A stretch of DNA of 64,000 nucleotides from Pseudogemmobacter hezensis (GCF_013155295.1 NZ_JABJXT010000002.1:241434-305433); one strand, 5' to 3'. Counted from the stretch's first letter, positions 1 to 9,573 are shown. Translations and numbers: made by a program. Notes: a model not told the origin generated them from the letters alone.

Positions 1-1
1 G

Positions 2-166
2 ACCGGCTCTCTGACGCAGAATGCTGGCTTTGTCGGCGTCTCGGGCATCTTCCGCCTGCGCGCCAATGGCACCAATGAGCGCGGCCTTGCCGTCGCTGAA
101 ATCCGCAACAATCAGGTGGTCGTGATTGACCCTGCTCCCCGCAGCTTCTCTGGCGCAGGGCTCTGA
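2..166 (+). CDS. 3' end of a gene entering from upstream of the window; about 55 C-terminal codons, product not recognisable
   Basis: Frame 2 is open from the window edge to TGA at 164-166, with G/C-rich third codon positions. No start codon lies inside the window. Confidence 0.3.
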   Translation, partial: TGSLTQNAGFVGVSGIFRLRANGTNERGLAVAEIRNNQVVVIDPAPRSFSGAGL

Positions 167-3002
167 TCCGGGGTCCCGCAAAGGGGCCGGAAAAGACCAC
201 CGCCAGGCATCAGATCAGATCGCAGATAAGGCAGCCGGTTTCGTTCCGGCTGCCATTCCGCTTTTGCTGCCCGAATCCGAGATCCTGGACGCAGGCCCGG
301 TAATCCGGGCCATCCTCGATGAAATCGAGCGTGACGGGCTGACCGGAAAGCCTGCCCGCTCTGTCGCGGTCGCCCATCTGGCGGCGGCGAAAACCCGCGC
401 CAATGCTGCGCTTGAGGCCGCCTTCCGCGCCCATCCCGGCGAGGCGCGGCCGCTGATCTCGGCCCAGGCCTTTCTGACCGATCAGCTGGTGACGATTGCC
501 TTCGCCGTCGCCCAAAGGCTGCATCCGGTTTCTGTCCCGACCGAGGCCGAACGCCTCGCCATCCTGGCTGTCGGCGGCTATGGCCGCGCCGAGATGGCGC
601 CCAGTTCCGATATCGACCTGCTGTTTCTGACCCCGGCCAGAACCACCCCATGGGCGGAATGCGTGGTCGAAAGCATGCTTTATATGCTTTGGGATCTGAA
701 GCTGAAGGTCGGCCATGCGGTGCGCACCATCCGCGACTGTCTGCGTCTGGCACGCGAAGACATCACCATCCGCACCGCCATGCTGGAGAAGCGCTTCATC
801 GCCGGTGACGCGGCCCTGGCCGAAGAGCTGGCCGATAAGCTCTGGAATGAGGTTTTCCGCAAAACCGGCCCCGAATTTATTGAGGCCAAACTGGCCGAAC
901 GGGCCGAGCGTCACCGCCGCCAGGGCGGGCAGCGCTATGTGCTGGAACCCAATGTCAAAGAGGGCAAGGGCGGGTTGCGCGACCTGCAGACCCTTTACTG
1001 GATCGGCAAATATCTGCACCGGGTGCCGAAAGCAGCCGGGCTGGTCAACGCGGGCCTTTTCACCCGCGAGGAATATGAGACCTTCCGCGCCGCTGAGGAT
1101 TTCCTCTGGGTGGTGCGCAGCCATCTGCATTACATCACAGGCCGTGCCACCGATCAGCTGACCTTCGATCTGCAGCCCGAGGTCGCGGCCCGCATGGGCT
1201 ATAAGGATGCGGGCGGGCGTCGCGCGGTTGAGATTTTCATGCAGGATTACTTCCGCCACGCCACCCGCGTCGGCGAGCTGACCCGCATCTTCCTGACCGG
1301 GCTTGAGGCGCGGCATGCGAAACGTGAGGCCTCGCTGAAGGGGCTGTTCAAGCTGACCAAACGCGTCCGCCCCGGCTACTGTCTGGTGCAGGGCCGCATT
1401 GATGTGGTCAACCCGGCCGAGTTTCTGCAAGACAAGCTGAACCTGCTTCGCGTCTTTGAGGAAGGTCTGCGCACCGGCTATCTGCTGCACCCCAATGTGA
1501 TGCGGCTGGTCACCGCGAACCTCGCGCTGATCGACGATGACATGCGCGAAACGCCCGAGGCGGCGCGGATCTTCCTTGATCTGCTGCTGAAACACGGCAA
1601 CCCGGAACGCAGCCTGCGGCGGATGAACGAATTGGGCGTTCTGGCGGCCTTTATCCCCGAATTTGAACCCATCGTCGCCATGATGCAGTTCAACGTTTAT
1701 CACAGCTATACGGTCGATGAGCATACGATCCAGTGCATCTCGACCCTTGCGCAGATCGAGCGCGAAGAGCTGATCGAAGAGCTGCCGCTTTCCTCGGAAA
1801 TCCTGAAAACCGGCGTCAACCGCCGCGTGCTTTATGTGGCGCTTTTGCTGCATGACATCGGCAAGGGGCGGCCAGAGGATCACTCGATCCTCGGTGCGCA
1901 GATTGCCCGCCGGGTCGCGCCACGGCTGGGGCTGACCGATGAGGAATGTGAGACGGTTGAATGGCTGGTGCGCTGGCATCTCTTGATGTCCGACATGGCG
2001 CAAAAACGCGACATAGGTGATCCGCGCACGGTGCGCGACTTTGCCAAGGCGGTAAAAACCCGCAAGCGGCTGGATCTGCTGACCGTGCTGACCGTCTGCG
2101 ATATTCGCGGCGTCGGGCCGAACACCTGGAACAACTGGAAAGCGATGCTTCTGCGCCAGCTGCACCAGGTCACCGCCGAGGCGCTGGAGGCGGGTCTTGA
2201 AACCGTCAACCGCGAGAACCGCGCTGATGAGGCAAAGCGCGCCCTGCGCGAGGCCCTGCCCGGTTGGGACGCCAAAGACCTGCGCATCGAGACGCAGCGC
2301 CATTATCCGCAATATTGGCAGGGGCTGGAAACCTCGACCCAGGTGGTCTTTGCCGGGCTGCTGCGTGATCTTGGCGACGATGAGATCCGCATTGATCTGG
2401 AACCGGACACCTCACGCGATGCCACCCGCGCCTGTTTCGCGCTGGCCGATCATCCGGGGATCTTCTCACGCCTGGCGGGGGCGCTGGCGCTGGTGGGCGC
2501 GAATGTGGTCGATGCCCGCACCTATACCTCGAAAGACGGCTATGCCACGGCGGTGTTCTGGGTCCAGGATGCCGAGGGCCATCCCTATGAAATCTCGCGC
2601 CTGCCCCGGCTGCGGCAGATGATCGACAAGACCCTGCGCGGCCAGGTCGTCGCCCGCGACGCGCTGAAAGACCGCGACAAGGTCAAACGGCGCGAGCGTG
2701 AGTTCCGCTTCCCGACCCATATCACCATCGATAATGAAGGCTCGGATATCTACACGATCATCGAGGTTGATACCCGCGACCGCCCCGGCCTGCTGTATGA
2801 CCTGACCCGGACGCTGGCGAACAACAATATCTCTATCGTCTCGGCGGTGATTGCGACCTATGGCGCCCAGGTGGTCGATACCTTCTATGTCAAAGACACT
2901 TTCGGGCTGAAACTGCACGAAAAGCGTCGCCAGGAGGCACTGGAGAAAAAGCTCCGTCAGGCGATCTCTGACGGGGCCGAGCGGGCACAGGCCCCCGGTT
3001 GA
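126..3002 (+). CDS. glnD: Bifunctional [protein-PII] uridylyltransferase / uridylyl-removing enzyme GlnD
   Basis: 958-aa ORF with a nucleotidyltransferase N-terminal region, an HD domain (HDIGKG) and two C-terminal ACT-like repeats. The conserved glnD-murJ arrangement is present. The start is uncertain: the TTG at 126 overlaps the upstream CDS, and an internal TTG/GTG start is possible. Confidence 0.9.
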   Translation: MTLLPAASLAQGSDPGSRKGAGKDHRQASDQIADKAAGFVPAAIPLLLPESEILDAGPVIRAILDEIERDGLTGKPARSVAVAHLAAAKTRANAALEAAFRAHPGEARPLISAQAFLTDQLVTIAFAVAQRLHPVSVPTEAERLAILAVGGYGRAEMAPSSDIDLLFLTPARTTPWAECVVESMLYMLWDLKLKVGHAVRTIRDCLRLAREDITIRTAMLEKRFIAGDAALAEELADKLWNEVFRKTGPEFIEAKLAERAERHRRQGGQRYVLEPNVKEGKGGLRDLQTLYWIGKYLHRVPKAAGLVNAGLFTREEYETFRAAEDFLWVVRSHLHYITGRATDQLTFDLQPEVAARMGYKDAGGRRAVEIFMQDYFRHATRVGELTRIFLTGLEARHAKREASLKGLFKLTKRVRPGYCLVQGRIDVVNPAEFLQDKLNLLRVFEEGLRTGYLLHPNVMRLVTANLALIDDDMRETPEAARIFLDLLLKHGNPERSLRRMNELGVLAAFIPEFEPIVAMMQFNVYHSYTVDEHTIQCISTLAQIEREELIEELPLSSEILKTGVNRRVLYVALLLHDIGKGRPEDHSILGAQIARRVAPRLGLTDEECETVEWLVRWHLLMSDMAQKRDIGDPRTVRDFAKAVKTRKRLDLLTVLTVCDIRGVGPNTWNNWKAMLLRQLHQVTAEALEAGLETVNRENRADEAKRALREALPGWDAKDLRIETQRHYPQYWQGLETSTQVVFAGLLRDLGDDEIRIDLEPDTSRDATRACFALADHPGIFSRLAGALALVGANVVDARTYTSKDGYATAVFWVQDAEGHPYEISRLPRLRQMIDKTLRGQVVARDALKDRDKVKRREREFRFPTHITIDNEGSDIYTIIEVDTRDRPGLLYDLTRTLANNNISIVSAVIATYGAQVVDTFYVKDTFGLKLHEKRRQEALEKKLRQAISDGAERAQAPG

Positions 3003-3047
3003 ACGACTGAAGGCTGAACCAATAAGGGCTGAGGAGCAGATCCCGAA

Positions 3048-4598
3048 ATGAAACCGATCCGGCTGGTGGCGGGGTTCCTGACCGTAGGATTCTGGACGCT
3101 GATTTCGCGCGTCGCAGGCCTTGTGCGCGATATGTTCATGTCGGCTTACCTGGGCGATGGCCCGGTGGCCCAGGCCTTTGTGGTGGCGCAGTCGCTGCCG
3201 AATATGTTCCGCCGCCTTTTCGCCGAGGGCGCGTTCAACATGGCCTTCGTGCCGATGTATTCCAAAAAGCTGGAGGGCGGCGAGGACGCGAATGGCTTCG
3301 CCCGCGACGCCTACTGGAGCCTGGCTGCCTTTCTGGCCGTTTTCTCGGCGATTGCGATTGTCATCATGCCGGCGCTGGTCTGGGCGATGGCCTCGGGCTT
3401 TCAGGGCGATCCGCGCTTTGATCTGGCGGTGACCATGGGGCGGATTGCCTTCCCCTATATCCTGTTCATCTCGCTGACGGCGCTGTTGTCGGGGGTTTTG
3501 AACTCGATGGGGCGGTTTCTGGCGACCTCGGCGGTGACGATCCTGCTGTCGGCGACGATGATCGTCGGCATGATCCTGGCGCGTCGGTTCGGCTGGGATA
3601 TGGGGCGGACACTGGCATGGTCGGTCTCGGTCTCAGGCGTTTTGCAGCTGGCGTTCACCTGGTGGGCGCTGCGGCGGGTCGGGTTCACGCTGCCGTTCCA
3701 GCTGCCGAAATGGACGCCAGAGCTGAAGCGGCTGGCGATTATCGCGGCCCCGGCCGCGCTGGCGGGCGGCGTGGTGCAGGTCAATCTGATCGTGGGCCGT
3801 CAGGTGGCGAGTTACACCGATGGCGCGATCACCTGGCTTTACAACGCAGACCGGCTTTACCAGCTGCCGCTGGGTGTGGTCGGCATCGCCATCGGCGTGG
3901 TGCTGCTGCCCGAAATCTCGCGCCGTCTGCGGGCAGAGGATCCTGAGGGCGCGCAGCATTCCTTCTCGCGTGGGGCCGAGTTCGCGCTTTTGCTGACCCT
4001 TCCGGCGGCGGTGGCGCTGATCGTGATCGCACGCCCCATCATCGGCGTGATCTTTGAGCGCGGCGCCTATGACGCCCATGCCGCCCATAATACCGCGCTG
4101 GCGCTGGCGGTTTACGGGGCGGGCTTGCCTGCCTTCGTGCTGCATAAGGTGCTGCAGCCGCAGTTTTACGCCCGCCACGACACCCGCCGCCCGTTCAATT
4201 ACGCGGTGATTTCCATGGTGGTGAATGCGGTGCTGGCGATTGCGCTGATGCCGCTGATCGGCTTTCTGGCGGCGGCGATTGCCACTTCGGCTGCGGGCTG
4301 GATCATGGTTGTGCAGCTGTGGCTGGGCTCGCGCCGGATGGGGGCTTCGGCGCAGATGGATGCGCGGTTCCGCCGCCGTCTGCCGCGCATCATCCTGTCA
4401 TCTCTGGTGATGGGGGCGGTGCTGCTGGCGATGATGTGGGGGCTTGGCGATGCGGTCACCGAAAAGGGCAGCCGCACGCCTTTGCTGCTGGCGATGGTGC
4501 TGGTGGGGATGGGCAGCTATTTCGCCACCGCCAGCCTGACCGGCGCAATGAGCCTTGCCGATCTGAAAGCCTCGCTCCGCCGTGGCAAGCGCGGCTAA
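3048..4598 (+). CDS. murJ: Lipid II flippase MurJ (MviN)
   Basis: 516-aa polytopic membrane protein. N-terminus 'LISRVAGLVRDMFMSAYLGDGPVAQAF' is typical of MurJ. GAGGAG Shine-Dalgarno sits 8 nt upstream. Confidence 0.9.
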   Translation: MKPIRLVAGFLTVGFWTLISRVAGLVRDMFMSAYLGDGPVAQAFVVAQSLPNMFRRLFAEGAFNMAFVPMYSKKLEGGEDANGFARDAYWSLAAFLAVFSAIAIVIMPALVWAMASGFQGDPRFDLAVTMGRIAFPYILFISLTALLSGVLNSMGRFLATSAVTILLSATMIVGMILARRFGWDMGRTLAWSVSVSGVLQLAFTWWALRRVGFTLPFQLPKWTPELKRLAIIAAPAALAGGVVQVNLIVGRQVASYTDGAITWLYNADRLYQLPLGVVGIAIGVVLLPEISRRLRAEDPEGAQHSFSRGAEFALLLTLPAAVALIVIARPIIGVIFERGAYDAHAAHNTALALAVYGAGLPAFVLHKVLQPQFYARHDTRRPFNYAVISMVVNAVLAIALMPLIGFLAAAIATSAAGWIMVVQLWLGSRRMGASAQMDARFRRRLPRIILSSLVMGAVLLAMMWGLGDAVTEKGSRTPLLLAMVLVGMGSYFATASLTGAMSLADLKASLRRGKRG

Positions 4599-4620
4599 GC
4601 AAGGGCCCGGCAAATAGCGA

Positions 4621-5466
4621 TCAGCGGGCGGCCAGCGCCCGTTGATTGAGGAAAAGCGAAAGCATCACCACCGCCACGCCCAGCAGCTGCAGCGGCGCGG
4701 GCATGATCCGCAGCAAGACCGCATCCAGCACAAGCGCGGTGACCGGGGTCAGAAGGATCAGCGGCATGACGCCGACGGCCCCCACCGCCTCGAGGCCGCG
4801 AAACCACAGAAGGAAGGGGATTCCGGTCAGAACCACCGCAAGGATGACAAAGGCCAGGATGTTCTGCCCGCTGAGAGGGCCCTGAAAATCGCCGATCAGC
4901 AGCGCGACCAGCGTCAGCTCGGCCCCGCCGATCAAAAGCTGCCAGGCGGTGAAAGAGACGACGCCAATCCCCGGGCTGCCCCAACGCCCCAAAAGCACGC
5001 CGCCCAGCGAGATCGACAGCACACAGCCCAGCATTGCCACGACGCCCAGTGCATCAATCGTCGCCCCGTCTTTCAGCACCACCATCGCCACACCCACCAG
5101 CCCCAGGCTGACGGCCAGCAGCTGCAACCCCGAGGGCCGGCGCTTCAGGATCATCCAGGCCAGAATCAGAACGAAAACCGGGCCAAGCGCCTGGAACACC
5201 GCCGCAACCCCGCCCTGCAGCCGCATCGCGCCAACGAAAAACAGCCCGAAGAACAGCCCGACATTCAGCGTGCCCAGCACGATCAGCCTGCCCCACCAGC
5301 CAGGTGCAGGCATCTGGCGCTGCAAAAGAAAAAGAAACGCCGCCCCGCCCAGTGCCCGGATCGCGCCCGCCATTTCAGGATGCGGCGGCAGCCAGTGCCC
5401 GGCCAGCAAATAGGTGAATCCCCAGAGGATGGCGCAGATGGCGGCTCCGGTCTTTGGCCCGATCAT
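4621..5466 (-). CDS. DMT-superfamily (EamA-like) transporter
   Basis: About 10 predicted TM helices with duplicated EamA-like halves. Start moved to the internal ATG at 5466 (MIGPKTG...). Confidence 0.55.
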   Translation of the reverse strand: MIGPKTGAAICAILWGFTYLLAGHWLPPHPEMAGAIRALGGAAFLFLLQRQMPAPGWWGRLIVLGTLNVGLFFGLFFVGAMRLQGGVAAVFQALGPVFVLILAWMILKRRPSGLQLLAVSLGLVGVAMVVLKDGATIDALGVVAMLGCVLSISLGGVLLGRWGSPGIGVVSFTAWQLLIGGAELTLVALLIGDFQGPLSGQNILAFVILAVVLTGIPFLLWFRGLEAVGAVGVMPLILLTPVTALVLDAVLLRIMPAPLQLLGVAVVMLSLFLNQRALAAR

Positions 5467-5611
5467 GGTTCTGTCCCAATGACTTATTTCGGTCTGAGCT
5501 ATGCCAAAGGCTGCGGCATGCACAACCGGCCCGACCGCGCAGCCGAAGGGTCTTTTATGCACCGATGTGCACAGATCCGGCGTGATCCGTGACGATCCGG
5601 GGCGCGCGGCC

Positions 5612-6301
5612 TCAGCGGTTGCGCAGCCGCGCCATCACCCGCCCCCAGCCGCCGGGGCTGGCGATGAAAGACAGGCCAAAGCCGGTGGCGAAACCTGCGA
5701 CCTCGGCGATCCATTCATAGCCGCCGCCAAACAGCACGCCAAAGACCAGCTGCACGAAAAGCAGCATCCCGATCAGCGTGAAGGCCCGGTAACCATTGCT
5801 GCCGGTGCCGATCAGCTGCACCCACAGAAGGAAGGTGAAAGCCCCGATCAGCCCATAGACCCCGGTATAGGCCCCGATCAGCGGATAATTTTCATAGGGC
5901 ACCAGTTGCAGGAAGGCCAAAGCCCCCAGCCAGCTGGCCCCGAAGAACACCACCAGCACCGCCCACCAGCGGAAAACCTCGCCCACCATCTTGCCCAGTG
6001 CCAGCGTCAGCACGACGCCGAAAAGGGCGCTGGTGGTGGTGTGATGGATGAAGGGGAAGGCCACAAACCGCAGGGCCAGCTCGTCCCAGACGCGGTTGAT
6101 CCAGAGGTAGTCAACCACATTGGGGGCCACCGCGTAATTCATGATCGCATGGCCGCGCCAGCCGATCGCGGTCGGGCCACCGATAAGTTCGGCCTGGGCC
6201 AGGCCCAGCACGATCTCGGCTGCGATCATCGGCAGGACCAGCGCCCAGACGATCCAGGGCAGCTGGTTGAACGGGCTGGCGTTGGGGTCGGTCTCATACA
6301 T
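5612..6301 (-). CDS. Rhomboid-like polytopic membrane protein; family assignment tentative and catalytic Ser/His not evident
   Basis: 229 aa with 6 TM helices. It has a TM2 'RFVAFPFIHH' motif and a 'GAYTGVYGLIG' motif resembling rhomboid WRxxT..FxH and GxSGxxxG, but with Thr in place of Ser and no His in the C-terminal half. Confidence 0.5.
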   Translation of the reverse strand: MYETDPNASPFNQLPWIVWALVLPMIAAEIVLGLAQAELIGGPTAIGWRGHAIMNYAVAPNVVDYLWINRVWDELALRFVAFPFIHHTTTSALFGVVLTLALGKMVGEVFRWWAVLVVFFGASWLGALAFLQLVPYENYPLIGAYTGVYGLIGAFTFLLWVQLIGTGSNGYRAFTLIGMLLFVQLVFGVLFGGGYEWIAEVAGFATGFGLSFIASPGGWGRVMARLRNR

Positions 6302-6390
6302 GCGGCAGGTTCCTTTACAGGCGCGGATGTTGACGCCTCTGCCGCGAAGGCTTACGCCGTGCAGGTCAGTTTTTCCAGACGGAGTGCATC

Positions 6391-7434
6391 ATGTCCGCGC
6401 CAGTTGCCGCCAATCCGGCCTTCACGCCACGGATCTTTTCCGGCATCCAGCCCTCGGGCGGCATGACGCTGGGCAATTACCTTGGCGCGCTGAAGCGGTT
6501 CGCCGAAAAGCAGGATGAGGGGATCGAGACGATCTATTGCGTCGTCGATCTGCATGCGATCACCGTCTGGCAGGATCCCGAAAAGCTGCGTCACCAGACG
6601 CGCGAGATTACCGCCGCCTATCTGGCCTCGGGCATCGACCCGGCCCGCTCGATCATCTTCAATCAAAGCCAGGTGACTGGCCATGCCGAGCTGGCCTGGA
6701 TCCTGAACTGCGTCGCCCGCATCGGCTGGATGTATCGGATGACGCAATTCAAGGACAAAACGGCGGGCAAGAACGCAGAGAACTCCAGCCTTGGCCTGCT
6801 GGCTTATCCCTCGCTGATGGCGGCCGATATCCTGCTTTACCACACCACCCAGGTTCCGGTGGGCGAGGATCAGAAGCAGCATCTCGAACTGACCCGCGAC
6901 ATCGCCGCCAAGTTCAACCATGACTACGGCGTCGATTTCTTCCCGATTACCGAGCCGCTGATCGAGGGCTCGGCCACCCGCGTCATGTCTTTGCGCGACG
7001 GCACGAAGAAGATGTCGAAGTCCGATCCTTCCGATGCCAGCCGCATCAACCTGACCGATGATGCCGACACGATTGCGAAGAAAATCCGCAAGGCCACCAC
7101 CGACCCGAACCCGCTGCCCGAGACGCTGGAGGGCCTGAAAGACCGCCCCGAGGCGCGCAATCTGGTCAATATCTATGCCGCGCTGGAAGGCAGCACCCCC
7201 GAGGCGGTGATCCGCGAATTTGCAGGCGCGCAATTCGGCACCTTCAAGCCGCGCCTCGCCGATCTGGCGGTGGCCAAACTCTCGCCGATCACCGAGGCGA
7301 TGAACCGCTATATGCAGGATCCCGCAGAGATCGACCGGATCCTGGGCGAGGGCGCGGCCCGCGCCGATGCGATTGCCAGCCCGATCCTTGCAAAGACCAA
7401 AGAGATCGTCGGGATGATCAACTCGCGCCGCTAA
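6391..7434 (+). CDS. trpS: Tryptophan--tRNA ligase
   Basis: 347 aa. Class I HIGH-like '[15 protein letters not shown]' and KMSKS motifs are present. Confidence 0.95.
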   Translation: MSAPVAANPAFTPRIFSGIQPSGGMTLGNYLGALKRFAEKQDEGIETIYCVVDLHAITVWQDPEKLRHQTREITAAYLASGIDPARSIIFNQSQVTGHAELAWILNCVARIGWMYRMTQFKDKTAGKNAENSSLGLLAYPSLMAADILLYHTTQVPVGEDQKQHLELTRDIAAKFNHDYGVDFFPITEPLIEGSATRVMSLRDGTKKMSKSDPSDASRINLTDDADTIAKKIRKATTDPNPLPETLEGLKDRPEARNLVNIYAALEGSTPEAVIREFAGAQFGTFKPRLADLAVAKLSPITEAMNRYMQDPAEIDRILGEGAARADAIASPILAKTKEIVGMINSRR

Positions 7435-7659
7435 GCGGGGCGCAGACTGGGCGCAGGCTGGGCCGCTGCGGTTGTCATATGCCTGAATCGCTTTGCCGTT
7501 AAGCTGAGCCCAGGTTCGGGCCCAGTTCCCCAATGTGCTGAGTGAGGCCTGTCCCCCATCAGGCAGCCATTCGCGTCCCCTGCCCGTTCCGGCCCCCGTG
7601 CAGCCCCTGCGCGGGGGTCATTTTCATCGGGCGTTTCGGCTGCAACCGCCGCATCAGGC

Positions 7660-7825
7660 GAATCTTCCTGTGGAAAACCCGGTTTTCCACAGGTTTCCCC
7701 CCAACAAACTGCTTTACATGGCAAGAGGAACGAATCAGGATAATATCAATATCTGGTGGGGCCTGTGGATAAGTCCACATAACCTTGCCGTCCCCACAGC
7801 TTCTGGTGGTTACCCACAGACCAGA
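7660..7825. promoter_or_regulatory. Cluster of DnaA-box-like 9-mers, a 12-bp-arm perfect palindrome and an AT-rich tract, in the trpS / ybjN-like intergenic spacer
   Basis: TGTGGAAAA at 7669-7677 and TTTTCCACA at 7683-7691 form the palindrome CCTGTGGAAAAC-ccg-GTTTTCCACAGG (7667-7693). TGTGGATAA at 7764-7772 is the reverse complement of the consensus TTATCCACA, a 9/9 match, within TGTGGA-taag-TCCACA. TTACCCACA at 7810-7818 is an 8/9 match. An AT-rich tract lies at 7729-7760. Confidence 0.4.
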
Positions 7826-7846
7826 AGCGTCATGATGAGGCCGGGC

Positions 7847-8350
7847 ATGTCACTTTCCGAAGATTATCTGCTCTCGGATGAGATCCATCCCATCGACATC
7901 GTCGAGACCCTGGCCGCCAGCAACGCATGGGAGTTTGACCGCGTCACCGATGACCAGATCGCCATGGCGGTTGAGGGGCAGTGGCGCACCTATTCGCTGA
8001 CCCTGGCCTGGTCTGACCAGGATGAGACACTGCGCCTGATCTGCACCTTCGAGATGGAGCCCCCCGAGGCCCGCATGGCCCAGCTTTATGAGCTGATCAA
8101 CCGCTGCAATGACATGGTCTGGACCGGCGGTTTCACCTGGTGGGATGAGCAGCGGCTGATGGTCTGGCGCTATGGGCTGTGCCTTGCGGGCGGCCAGGTG
8201 GCCGGGCCGGAACAGATCGACCGGCTGATCTCCTCGGCGGTGCTGGCGGCGGAACGCTTTTACCCGGCCTTCCAGCTGACGCTTTGGGGCGATCGCACCC
8301 CCGAGGATGCGATGAAAGTCGCCATTGCAGAGGCCTACGGTCGCGCCTAA
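7847..8350 (+). CDS. YbjN-domain protein (putative sensory-transduction-regulator family)
   Basis: 167 aa. 'AWEFDRV...LTLAWSDQDETLRLICTFEM...LYELINRCNDMVWTGGFTWW' fits the YbjN family pattern. Start taken at the third ATG (MSLSEDY) rather than the track start at 7535. Confidence 0.7.
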   Translation: MSLSEDYLLSDEIHPIDIVETLAASNAWEFDRVTDDQIAMAVEGQWRTYSLTLAWSDQDETLRLICTFEMEPPEARMAQLYELINRCNDMVWTGGFTWWDEQRLMVWRYGLCLAGGQVAGPEQIDRLISSAVLAAERFYPAFQLTLWGDRTPEDAMKVAIAEAYGRA

Positions 8351-8410
8351 CCTCTTGCCCAGACTGGGCCTTTGACCTTTTGGCCCAAAGGGGCGGAAAG
8401 ACGGGGCGCG

Positions 8411-9223
8411 ATGTCGGCAAATCTTAAAATTGACAATGGAATTTTGCTGCTGGGCTGCGGCAAGATGGGCTCGGCTTTGCTGAAAGGCTGGCTGGACAGC
8501 GGCGTGCCCGCCAGCAACGTCTGGGTGATCGAGCCGCATCCCTCTGACTGGCTGCTGGCCAGCGGCGTGCATCTGAACCAGGGCGTGCCTGAACAGGCCG
8601 AAATCGCCATTCTCGCGGTCAAGCCGCAGATGATGGGCGCGGCGTTACCAGGGCTGAAGGCGCTTGGAAATGGCGCGACCTTGTTCATCTCAATCGCCGC
8701 TGGCACCACGATTGCGACGCTGGAACAGGTGCTTGGTGCGCAAACCCCCATCGTGCGGGTAATGCCGAACACCCCCGCGATGGTCGGGCGCGGGATCTCA
8801 GGTCTGGTTGGCAATGCCCATGCAACCGCAAAGCAGCTGGACCAGGCACGCCTTCTGATGCAGGCGGTGGGCCAGGTGGTTCAGCTGGAAAATGAGGCGC
8901 AGATCGACGCGGTCACCGCCGTTTCCGGCTCTGGCCCGGCCTATGTCTTTCACCTGATCGAGGCGCTGGCAGCGGCGGGCGAGGCCGAAGGCCTTCCCGC
9001 TGAGACCGCGATGCAACTGGCCAGGGCCACCGTCACCGGCTCGGGCGAACTTGCGCATCGCTCAGATGACAGCGCGGCGCAGTTGCGGATCAATGTCACA
9101 TCGCCCGGCGGCACCACCGCTGCGGCGCTTGCGGTGCTGATGGATCCCGAAACCGGCTTTCCCGCGCTGATGCGACGGGCGGTAAAGGCGGCTGCGGATC
9201 GCGGCAGAGAACTTGGGAAATGA
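8411..9223 (+). CDS. proC: Pyrroline-5-carboxylate reductase
   Basis: Rossmann N-terminus 'ILLLGCGKMGSALLKGW', and 'TSPGGTTAAAL' and 'AVSGSGPAYVF' motifs of ProC. Confidence 0.9.
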   Translation: MSANLKIDNGILLLGCGKMGSALLKGWLDSGVPASNVWVIEPHPSDWLLASGVHLNQGVPEQAEIAILAVKPQMMGAALPGLKALGNGATLFISIAAGTTIATLEQVLGAQTPIVRVMPNTPAMVGRGISGLVGNAHATAKQLDQARLLMQAVGQVVQLENEAQIDAVTAVSGSGPAYVFHLIEALAAAGEAEGLPAETAMQLARATVTGSGELAHRSDDSAAQLRINVTSPGGTTAAALAVLMDPETGFPALMRRAVKAAADRGRELGK

Positions 9224-9573
9224 GCGGAAAAATGACAGACCAGATCAGCTATGACGATTTCGCAAAGGTGGATATTCGCGTCGGCCGCATCATCGAGGCC
9301 GAACCCTTCCCCGAGGCCCGCAAACCCGCGTTTAAGCTGCGCATCGACTTCGGGCCGGATATCGGCGTGAAACGCTCATCGGCGCAGATCACCAAACATT
9401 ACACGATTGAGGGGCTGATCGGCCGCCAGGTGATGGCGGTGGTGAATTTCCCGCCCCGCCAGATCGGCCCGGTGAAATCCGAGGTGCTGGTGCTGGGCGT
9501 GCCCGATGCCGATGGCGAGGTCGTGCTGCTGGTCCCCGGCCAGGACGTGCCCCTGGCCGGGAGGATGTTCTGA
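9220..9573 (+). CDS. tRNA-binding protein (CsaA / EMAP-domain family)
   Basis: 117 aa. 'FAKVDIRVGRIIEAEPFPEARKPAFKLRIDFG' matches the OB-fold tRNA-binding domain. The start overlaps the proC stop codon. Confidence 0.8.
   Translation: MSGKMTDQISYDDFAKVDIRVGRIIEAEPFPEARKPAFKLRIDFGPDIGVKRSSAQITKHYTIEGLIGRQVMAVVNFPPRQIGPVKSEVLVLGVPDADGEVVLLVPGQDVPLAGRMF

Noticed and set aside
210-2312. 700-aa minus-strand ORF antisense to glnD. Similar long antisense ORFs were seen at 4642-5592 (+), 10581-11369 (-), 19466-20737 (-), 24209-26008 (-), 25852-26952 (-), 30120-31175 (+), 37204-38382 (-), 43098-44432 (+), 45891-46796 (-), 50136-51128 (-), 57929-60100 (+) and 62906-63700 (+).
   Set aside because: In 65% GC DNA, stop codons are rare on the strand opposite a real gene. 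Each of these overlaps a strand with a confidently recognised protein, and their translations are low-complexity Arg/Ala/Gly/Pro-rich with no motifs.
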